Below are positions 6,224 to 12,271 of a stretch of 12,271 nucleotides of DNA, in pieces. The stretch is from Clostridia bacterium (GTDB lineage Bacteria; Bacillota; Clostridia; TANB77; CAG-465), in NCBI GenBank assembly GCA_017478805.1, contig JAFVCY010000028.1, positions 1-12,271 of the forward strand, read 5' to 3'. How positions within the stretch are numbered: the stretch's first letter is position 1; the number at the start of each line of letters is the position of its first letter. Below the pieces are notes generated by a model. It had not been told where the DNA came from, searched no databases, and was given only the letters and a program-made list of their open reading frames with translations. The position numbers and the translations under genes were made by a program.

Positions 6224-6341
6224 TTGGTATAATTAAAAAATAAAAAATTTTTACTTAAAAAGCCAAAAAATTTAAAAATAACTTTTAGTAAATAATAAAT
6301 AATTTAAAGTTTTCATAAAAAGTAAAGTTTCAAAATGGAAG

Positions 6342-6370
6342 TTGTAAATTAGGATTTGTAATGGTATAAT
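6342..6370 (+). promoter_or_regulatory. putative sigma-A promoter of the dnaD-like/loader operon
   Basis: -35 TTGTAA (6342-6347), 17-nt spacer counting the TGg (the TG is at 6362-6363), extended -10 TGgTATAAT ending at 6370. About 28 nt upstream of ATG 6398. Confidence 0.5.
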
Positions 6371-6397
6371 GTAGAGGATAATTAAAGAGGTGAGCAT

Positions 6398-7348
6398 ATG
6401 AAATTTGCTAGTAAATCTAAGCTAAATCTATCTGATACATTAGTTCCGGATTTATTTATACTTAACAACATGAATGAGTTAGAACATATTGATTTAAAAC
6501 TTTATCTTTATATACTATTTTTGGAAAAACAAGGCTTAGAAATAGACGAAACAGGAATTTGCAAGAAACTTAATATTTCTGAAGAAGAACTTTCTTTTAG
6601 TTTAGATAGATTATGCTCAGAAGAACTTCTTATGAAAAATATGAACGGTTATACAATCATAGATATAAAAGAAAATGAGATAAATAAGAAATATACACCT
6701 CTTGTAACTCCAAAGAAATCAAAAGAAACTACAGAGCAAGAAAAAATAAGGATAATTGCGGCAAGTTCGATAAATGAAAGCTTCTTTGATGGACTAATGC
6801 CATATGGTTGGTATTCAGATATTGGGGATTTGTTTAATAAGTTTGATTTTGAATCTGATGTAATGATTGCGCTTTTCCAGTATTGCTATGAAAGAAAAGC
6901 ACTAAACAAAAAATATGTATATGCAGTTGCAGAAACTTGGCATAAAGGAAACGTAAAAACTTTCGAAGACTTAGATAAGTACTTTGATGAAGTATCAAAA
7001 CAGCAAAAAATTATTAATAAAATAACTAAGGCTTTAGGTTTAAATAGGGAGCTTACAAAATATGAAAAAGAATATGTAAATAGGTGGATAAATGAATATA
7101 GTTATGATTTTAATATGATAGAACAGGCTTTAAAGAGGACTGTAAATAAGACAAATCCATCAATTAACTATGTAAATGGAATCCTTAAAAATTGGCATGA
7201 AAAAGGTTTTACAAAGCCTGAAGAAATTGAAGAGGAAAATAAGAAAATTATGCCTATAAAGATAAAGGATAAAAATGATTCTATAAAATTTAAGAATTTA
7301 TCATCTGCAGATTTTGAAAACTTAGAATCTTTTTATGATATAATGTAA
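6398..7348 (+). CDS. DnaD-domain replication initiation/organiser protein (B. subtilis DnaB/DnaD-like, two DnaB_2-type repeats)
   Basis: SD AAAGAGGTGA precedes ATG 6398. The N-terminus is winged-helix-like. Two C-terminal repeats are typical of the DnaD/DnaB_2 domain: ...DVMIALFQYCYERKALNKKYVYAVAETWHKGNVKTFEDLDKY and ...DFNMIEQALKRTVNKTNPSINYVNGILKNWHEKGFTKPEEIE. Confidence 0.85.
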   Translation: MKFASKSKLNLSDTLVPDLFILNNMNELEHIDLKLYLYILFLEKQGLEIDETGICKKLNISEEELSFSLDRLCSEELLMKNMNGYTIIDIKENEINKKYTPLVTPKKSKETTEQEKIRIIAASSINESFFDGLMPYGWYSDIGDLFNKFDFESDVMIALFQYCYERKALNKKYVYAVAETWHKGNVKTFEDLDKYFDEVSKQQKIINKITKALGLNRELTKYEKEYVNRWINEYSYDFNMIEQALKRTVNKTNPSINYVNGILKNWHEKGFTKPEEIEEENKKIMPIKIKDKNDSIKFKNLSSADFENLESFYDIM

Positions 7349-7351
7349 AGT

Positions 7352-8368
7352 GTGGTGATTTTAGTGGATGCTAAAATATATAATGAAATAATTAAGGAGT
7401 ATGAAAATAAAAGAAATAAGGCTTTAGATGAGGCAAAAAAATTTAAAGAATCAGTATTTGAAAAGTCACCTGAACTTTCAAAATTTGAGAAAGAAATAGC
7501 TTCCTTAACTATTTCTTCAATGAAAAAAAACTTAACTGCAAGCAAGGTAGAAAGAGAAATAGAAAATCAAAATTTAGAGATAAAAGTCAAAGAAATCCAA
7601 GAAAAAATAAATGAAAAAATAGAAAAACTAGGATATAAAAAAGAGGATTTTGAACCTAAATTTGAATGTGAAAAATGCAAAGATACCGGGTATAATGGGA
7701 AAAATAAATGCTCATGTCTTAAGCAGAAAATTTTAAATAGAGTATATAGCCAGTTTTATATGGAAAATTTTGATGAAGAGTGTTTTCACACCTTTGATTT
7801 TGGATATTTTTCTGATAAAGTAAACGAAGAGAAGTATGGTAGCAAGAAATCTCCTAGAGAAAATATTTTAGAAATAAAGGCAATCAGCGAGAAGTTCTGC
7901 AGTAGTATAGAAAATAAGAAAGAGAAAAATTTACTATTTATAGGTGATACTGGCCTTGGAAAGACTTTTTTATCTAATTGTATAGCTGGAGAAGTAATAA
8001 AAGGAGGATATACTGCTATATATCAAACAGCACCTATGCTTATGGACATGATAACTGAATACAAAACATCATTTGATAAGGATAGTAAAGTAAAAGAAAA
8101 ATATAATCAGCTGTTTGAAGTAGACTTATTAATAATTGATGATTTAGGTACTGAAACAAATACAGACTTTAAATTTATGGAATTACTTAATATAATAAAT
8201 ACAAGGATTATAAAAGGAAAAAAGATAGTTATATCAACTAATTTATCTCTTCAAAAGTTGTATAATCTATATGATGCAAGGCTTACTTCAAGACTTATTG
8301 GTAATTTTAATATTTGTAAGTTCTTTGGAGAAGATGTAAGAATTATAAAGAAAAGAATAAGTGTATAA
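7352..8368 (+). CDS. DnaC/DnaI-family AAA+ helicase loader
   Basis: It starts 3 nt after the dnaD-like stop. The start is uncertain among GTG 7352, 7355 and 7364 (GGTGA at 7354-7358 could serve GTG 7364). Motifs: Cys cluster CEKCKDTGY..KCSC (zinc-binding N-domain as in DnaI), Walker A GDTGLGKTF, Walker B LLIIDDLG, sensor ISTN. Confidence 0.88.
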   Translation: MVILVDAKIYNEIIKEYENKRNKALDEAKKFKESVFEKSPELSKFEKEIASLTISSMKKNLTASKVEREIENQNLEIKVKEIQEKINEKIEKLGYKKEDFEPKFECEKCKDTGYNGKNKCSCLKQKILNRVYSQFYMENFDEECFHTFDFGYFSDKVNEEKYGSKKSPRENILEIKAISEKFCSSIENKKEKNLLFIGDTGLGKTFLSNCIAGEVIKGGYTAIYQTAPMLMDMITEYKTSFDKDSKVKEKYNQLFEVDLLIIDDLGTETNTDFKFMELLNIINTRIIKGKKIVISTNLSLQKLYNLYDARLTSRLIGNFNICKFFGEDVRIIKKRISV

Positions 8369-8373
8369 AAATA

Positions 8374-8412
8374 ACCTTAACTACTAACTGATGTAGTTAA
8401 GGTATATTTTTT
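8374..8412. terminator. bidirectional rho-independent terminator between convergent genes
   Basis: An 11-bp stem, accttaactac (8374-8384) pairing with gtagttaaggt (8393-8403), is followed by tatttttt. An A-rich tract on the other side serves the minus-strand J-protein gene. Confidence 0.75.
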
Positions 8413-8421
8413 GTTTCTAAA

Positions 8422-9330
8422 TTAATTTTTCTTCTCAAGTTTTGCTATTTGTTCATAAAGCTTTTCTTCTCTTTCAGAAACTTTTTCTGGCATTTGTATG
8501 TTTACATGAAGAAGTAGATTCCCTCTATTTCCCTTTTCATCAATATAACCGTTTCCTAAAGAAGGAACATACTGACCATTTTTTAGATATTTTGGAAGTT
8601 CTACAAATATAGTATCATCAAATAGTTTTGTTTTGTATTTTGTACCAATAATAGCAGTTGCAGGAGAAATGTATATTTCTTGAACAAGGTCGGAACCTTG
8701 AATAGTGTATATTGGGTGTTTTGCCATATGTACATCAATAATCAAATCACCATTTTTACCACCATTTTTGCCAGGGTGACCTAGTGCTGCAAGTCTTATT
8801 TTTTCCCCGTCATGAATGCCCATAGGAACATTTACAGAAAACGTCCTAATGCCACCTTTATACCCTTTTATAGCAATCTTTTTCTCAACACCTAAAAGTC
8901 CTTCTTCTAAAGTTATCTCTAAATTTGAGTTTATATCTTTACCCTTCTGAGGCCTATTTTTTTCGTCTTCTTCATCAAAGAAATGTGTGTCATCATCTTT
9001 TCTAAAACCAAGCATAGTAGAGAAAAAATCGCTAAATACACTTGCACCAGACTTTATTTCGTATTTTATATTAGAAAGAGGATTGTCGTTTGGCACAAAA
9101 CCATAACCAAATTTATTAACTTGTCTGTCATATTTCCTTCTTTTTTCTTCAGTAGTTAAAACATCATATGCTTCGTTTATGTCTTTGAACATCTCATCTG
9201 ATGCTTTATCTGATTCTTTTTTTGCATCAGGATGATACTGCTTTGCTAGTTTCCTAAATGCGTTTTTTATTTCTTCTTTTGAACTTTTTCTATTAACCCC
9301 TAATATTTCATAATAATTTTTGTATTTCAT
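8422..9330 (-). CDS. class B (CbpA-like) DnaJ-family co-chaperone: J domain plus DnaJ C-terminal domains, no zinc finger (302 aa)
   Basis: ATG at plus 9328-9330 lies 6 nt downstream of SD GGAGGAAG. The track's TTG 9348 is less likely. The J domain is NYYEILGV...QYHPD (HPD motif). The C-terminal substrate-binding domains include GKDINSNLEITLEE...GDLIIDVH...GNLLLHVNIQMP. There are no Cys residues, so no CxxCxGxG zinc finger. Confidence 0.9.
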   Translation of the reverse strand: MKYKNYYEILGVNRKSSKEEIKNAFRKLAKQYHPDAKKESDKASDEMFKDINEAYDVLTTEEKRRKYDRQVNKFGYGFVPNDNPLSNIKYEIKSGASVFSDFFSTMLGFRKDDDTHFFDEEDEKNRPQKGKDINSNLEITLEEGLLGVEKKIAIKGYKGGIRTFSVNVPMGIHDGEKIRLAALGHPGKNGGKNGDLIIDVHMAKHPIYTIQGSDLVQEIYISPATAIIGTKYKTKLFDDTIFVELPKYLKNGQYVPSLGNGYIDEKGNRGNLLLHVNIQMPEKVSEREEKLYEQIAKLEKKN

Positions 9331-9352
9331 AATCTTCCTCCAGTACAACGTA

Positions 9353-9380
9353 ATTATATCATAGTTTTTTCAAAATTCAA
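9353..9380 (-). promoter_or_regulatory. putative sigma-A promoter of the J-protein gene
   Basis: On the minus strand: -35 TTGAAT (plus 9375-9380), 16-nt spacer including TGa, -10 TATAAT (plus 9353-9358). Confidence 0.45.
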
Positions 9381-9391
9381 CTATTTTTAAC

Positions 9392-9420
9392 TTGCTTTTT
9401 GAATATATTTTTAGTATAAT
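9392..9420 (+). promoter_or_regulatory. putative sigma-A promoter of the gyrA-like gene
   Basis: -35 TTGCTT (9392-9397), 17-nt spacer, -10 TATAAT (9415-9420). SD GGGGGAG lies just before ATG 9450. Confidence 0.5.
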
Positions 9421-9449
9421 AGTTTCTGTAAACGATATGGGGGAGAAAT

Positions 9450-11894
9450 ATGGATGAGAATTTTTTAGATGCACAAAATATTGTGCAGGTAGACTTAGAT
9501 AGTGAAATGAAAAAATCTTACATTGACTATGCAATGAGTGTTATAACATCTCGTGCACTTCCAGATGTAAGAGACGGTATGAAGCCGGTTCAAAGAAGAA
9601 TATTATATGTAATGAACGAACTTGCTTTGTGGCCAGAAAAAGCGTATAGAAAATCTGCAAGTATTGTCGGAGATGTTATGGGTAATTACCATCCACATGG
9701 TGATGCAGCAATTTATGATGCTTTAGTTCGTTTAACTCAGGATTTTTCTTTAAGATATCCTTTAGTTAATGGACATGGTAACTTTGGTTCAATAGATAAT
9801 GACCCACCAGCTGCAATGAGGTATACAGAGGCAAAACTTCATAAAATAGCGCTAGAGATGCTTGATGATTTAGATAAAGAGACGGTTGACTACGTACCTA
9901 ACTATGATGATAGATTAAAAGAGCCTTCTGTTCTTCCAGCTAAGATACCAAATCTGCTTGTAAATGGTGCATATGGTATAGCCGTTGGTATGGCTTGTAA
10001 TATTCCAACACATAATCTTACAGAGGTTATAAACGGAACAATAGCACAAATAGATAATCCTGACATTACAATTGAAGAGTTAATGGGATTTATAAAAGGC
10101 CCAGATTTTCCAACAGGAGCTATGATTCTTGGAAAAGAGGGTATAAAAGATGCATATATGACTGGGCGCGGAAAAGTTTGCGTACGCTCTAAAGCTGAAA
10201 TAGAAGAGGATACAAGAGGTAGATTTAGAATTGTAGTATCTGAAATTCCTTATCAAGTTAATAAATCTGCTATGATTGAAAATATGGCAAAACTTGTACA
10301 AGCTAAAATAATTGAGGGAATATCTGATATACGTGATGAATCAGATAGAGATGGACTAAGGATTGTTATTGAACTTAAAAGAGATGCAAATCCAAATGTA
10401 GTTTTAAATTTACTATATAAACATACACAGCTTCAAACTACGCAAAGTATGCTTATGCTAGCTTTAGTTGGTGGTGAGCCAAAGGTACTTAACCTAAAAC
10501 AAATACTTGAAGAGTATATAAAGCATAGAAAAGAAGTAGTTGTTCGTAGAACGAAATTTGACCTTGCTAAAGCTGAGGCAAGACTTCATATTTTAGAAGG
10601 CTTAAGAATTGCAATTGATAATATCGATGCAATAATTAAAGTTATAAGGGAGTCATATGACGATGCAGCAGAGAGGTTAATGAGTGGATTTGGACTTTCA
10701 GAAGTTCAGGCACAAGCTATACTTGAAATGAGACTTAGAACACTTCAAGGTTTGCAAAGGGAAAAGATAGAGAATGAATATAATGAGCTTGTAGCTACTA
10801 TAAAACATTTGAAAGAAATACTTGAATCTGATGAGCTAGTTAAAGATATAATAAAAGAAGAGTTAATTAAGATTAAAGAAACTTATGGTGATGAAAGAAA
10901 AACTGAAATCACTCATGCAGAGGGAGAAATTGATGTTGAAAGCTTGATAAAAGAAGAAATGAACGTTATAACCATGACACATCTTGGATACATTAAAAGA
11001 ATTGCAGTAGATAGCTATAAGAGTCAAAAACGTGGTGGTAAGGGCTTAACTGCTATGAATACTCGTGAAGAGGATTTTGTTAAAAATCTATTCGTATCTT
11101 CAACTCATGATAACATTATTTTCTTTACAAATACTGGTAAGACATTTAAGCTTAAAGCATATGAGCTTCCAGAGGCAAGTAGAACTGCAAGAGGAACTGC
11201 AATAGTAAATCTACTTCAGCTATCTCAAGGAGAAAAGATTGCAGCAGTTATTCCGGTTAAAGATTTTAGTGCTGAAAATACTTTTGTACTTATGGCGACT
11301 AAAAATGGATTAGTTAAGAAGACAAGCCTTGCAGAGTATAGTAACATACGTAAATCAGGTATCCAAGGTATAACTTTAAAAGAAAATGATGAGATTATTG
11401 ATGCAAGACTTACAAATGGAGAAAGTGATATTATTCTTGCAACTAGAGCAGGTCTTTCAATACGTTTTGATGAAACAGAGGTAAGAGCAGTAGGAAGAGC
11501 ATCTCAAGGTGTCAAAGGAATAAACCTTGCAGAAGATGACGAAGTAATTGGTATGGAAACTGTTGAAGATAAATCAGCTTATGTTCTTGCAATAACTGAA
11601 AACGGCTTTGGAAAGAGAACTGAACTTGAGGAATATAGACAGCAAGCAAGAGCCGGAAAAGGAGTTTTAACATACAAGACAACTTCTAAAACAGGACATA
11701 TTATAGGAATTAAGATTGTAAAAGATGAAGATGATATTATGATTATAACAGATACTGGTGTAATTATAAGGATAAATGTTTCTGAAATATCTGTACTTGG
11801 TAGAAATACTCAAGGTGTAACTCTTATGAGAACATCTGAGGGTGGAAAGGTAATAAGTATAGCAAAGCTTGTTAAGGAAGACGAAGAAGAATAA
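9450..11894 (+). CDS. gyrA: type IIA DNA topoisomerase subunit A, GyrA family (814 aa); no B-subunit gene adjacent
   Basis: The full-length match to the GyrA/ParC architecture includes [23 protein letters not shown], the [14 protein letters not shown] and the catalytic AAMRY(125)TEA. The beta-pinwheel C-terminal domain carries a GyrA-box-like QKRGGKG (11025-11045). That box and [17 protein letters not shown] favour gyrase over ParC. Symbol confidence is lower than CDS confidence. Confidence 0.93.
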   Translation: MDENFLDAQNIVQVDLDSEMKKSYIDYAMSVITSRALPDVRDGMKPVQRRILYVMNELALWPEKAYRKSASIVGDVMGNYHPHGDAAIYDALVRLTQDFSLRYPLVNGHGNFGSIDNDPPAAMRYTEAKLHKIALEMLDDLDKETVDYVPNYDDRLKEPSVLPAKIPNLLVNGAYGIAVGMACNIPTHNLTEVINGTIAQIDNPDITIEELMGFIKGPDFPTGAMILGKEGIKDAYMTGRGKVCVRSKAEIEEDTRGRFRIVVSEIPYQVNKSAMIENMAKLVQAKIIEGISDIRDESDRDGLRIVIELKRDANPNVVLNLLYKHTQLQTTQSMLMLALVGGEPKVLNLKQILEEYIKHRKEVVVRRTKFDLAKAEARLHILEGLRIAIDNIDAIIKVIRESYDDAAERLMSGFGLSEVQAQAILEMRLRTLQGLQREKIENEYNELVATIKHLKEILESDELVKDIIKEELIKIKETYGDERKTEITHAEGEIDVESLIKEEMNVITMTHLGYIKRIAVDSYKSQKRGGKGLTAMNTREEDFVKNLFVSSTHDNIIFFTNTGKTFKLKAYELPEASRTARGTAIVNLLQLSQGEKIAAVIPVKDFSAENTFVLMATKNGLVKKTSLAEYSNIRKSGIQGITLKENDEIIDARLTNGESDIILATRAGLSIRFDETEVRAVGRASQGVKGINLAEDDEVIGMETVEDKSAYVLAITENGFGKRTELEEYRQQARAGKGVLTYKTTSKTGHIIGIKIVKDEDDIMIITDTGVIIRINVSEISVLGRNTQGVTLMRTSEGGKVISIAKLVKEDEEE

Positions 11895-11900
11895 GAGCTT

Positions 11901-11936
11901 AAGTGAGAGAAAAAAATCTCTCACTTAAATTTTTAT
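11901..11936. terminator. bidirectional rho-independent terminator
   Basis: A perfect 10-bp stem, aagtgagaga (11901-11910) pairing with tctctcactt (11917-11926), has a 6-nt A loop and is followed by aaattttt. It lies between convergent genes. Confidence 0.8.
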
Positions 11937-11944
11937 ATAGAAAG

Positions 11945-12271
11945 TTATATTTCTAGCCTATAATAACTTCCGTAATCTATTAACTTTGGCACTTTGCTAT
12001 GATATATAGCCTCATCATCTACAAGATAATCAAATAGTTTTTTAGTATCCTTTATACCTATTTCTTCATACTTTGTTTTATCTATATCAATATGGTATCC
12101 ACCATGATCAGAAAACTGAATTTTTACACCTTTAAAATATAGCGTGCAAAATGCATCAGATGCATAGCTAACACTTGAACGAATACGATTTGTTTCAATT
12201 GTTCTTAAGTATTTCCTAAGATTTGCTAATTTTACATCTTTTGCATCATAATTATCATAGTATATGTTTAT
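11945..12271 (-). CDS. hypothetical protein, 3' end of a gene that starts right of the window (108 visible codons); not in the ORF track
   Basis: The minus strand is open from the window edge and reads INIYYDNYDAKDVKLANLRKYLRTIETNRIRSSVSYASDAFCTLYFKGVKIQFSDHGGYHIDIDKTKYEEIGIKDTKKLFDYLVDDEAIYHSKVPKLIDYGSYYRLEI, ending at TAA (plus 11945-11947). The track missed it because the window contains no start codon. No family recognised. Confidence 0.6.
   Translation of the reverse strand: MNIYYDNYDAKDVKLANLRKYLRTIETNRIRSSVSYASDAFCTLYFKGVKIQFSDHGGYHIDIDKTKYEEIGIKDTKKLFDYLVDDEAIYHSKVPKLIDYGSYYRLEI

Noticed and set aside
7333-7545. Minus-strand ORF of 70 aa
   Set aside because: It is antisense to the dnaD-like 3' end and the loader 5' end. 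It has no SD or promoter, and its composition is a typical antisense artefact.
9331-9449. Functional coupling of the CbpA-like (curved-DNA-binding type) J-protein with the gyrA-like gene via the shared 119-bp divergent promoter region
   Set aside because: The idea rests on adjacency only. I could find no shared operator or repeat in the intergenic region, and the CbpA assignment is only class-level (J domain without a zinc finger).
10080-10301. Minus-strand ORF of 73 aa
   Set aside because: It is embedded antisense in the highly conserved gyrA-like gene, has no translation signals, and is an artefact of AT-rich sequence.
11667-11924. Minus-strand ORF of 85 aa
   Set aside because: It is antisense to the gyrA-like 3' end, and its start would lie inside the terminator hairpin. 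It has no SD.
1-12271. Search for CRISPR arrays, tRNA/rRNA genes, IS elements or transposases, integrases and long terminal inverted repeats
   Set aside because: I saw no regularly spaced repeats, no cloverleaf-like GC-rich segments, no DDE or tyrosine/serine recombinase-like ORFs, and no long inverted repeats on either strand by eye. Absence by visual inspection is not proof; tRNAscan, Infernal and ISfinder would confirm it.

Overview
AT-rich segment (GC looks below about 30% by eye, not computed) from a low-GC Firmicute, almost certainly class Clostridia. Left to right: (i) 1-2272 is a plus-strand, accessory-looking module. It holds the 3' end of an unknown gene, an XRE-type HTH regulator with an unknown C-terminal domain, a 316-bp stop-riddled gap, and three small tightly spaced hypothetical genes closed by a terminator. 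(ii) 2414-2569 (minus) is a 51-aa six-cysteine SCIFF (scfA) ranthipeptide precursor that the ORF track missed. It has its own promoter, SD and terminator, but the radical-SAM maturase that normally follows it is absent. (iii) 2761-6223 is a divergently transcribed, translationally coupled four-gene operon that resembles a stripped-down type IV secretion module. It encodes a membrane-anchored VirD4/TraG-like coupling ATPase (broken by one frame shift at about 3524-3553), a VirB2/TrbC-like pilin candidate, a VirB6/TrbL-like polytopic protein and a VirB3/PrgI/TcpE-like small membrane protein. No VirB4, relaxase, VirB8-like protein or cell-wall hydrolase is in the window. (iv) 6398-8368 encodes a DnaD/DnaB(Bsu)-like replication organiser plus a DnaC/DnaI-type helicase loader. 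(v) 8422-9330 (minus) encodes a zinc-finger-less (class B, CbpA-like) J-protein. (vi) 9450-11894 encodes a GyrA-family type IIA topoisomerase A subunit with no B-subunit gene beside it. (vii) The right edge holds the 3' end of an unknown minus-strand gene. I saw no tRNA/rRNA, CRISPR array, transposase or integrase. The most interesting item is the reduced T4SS-like operon and its position next to an apparently orphan SCIFF gene. All family assignments come from motif recognition by eye and need HMM or structure confirmation.
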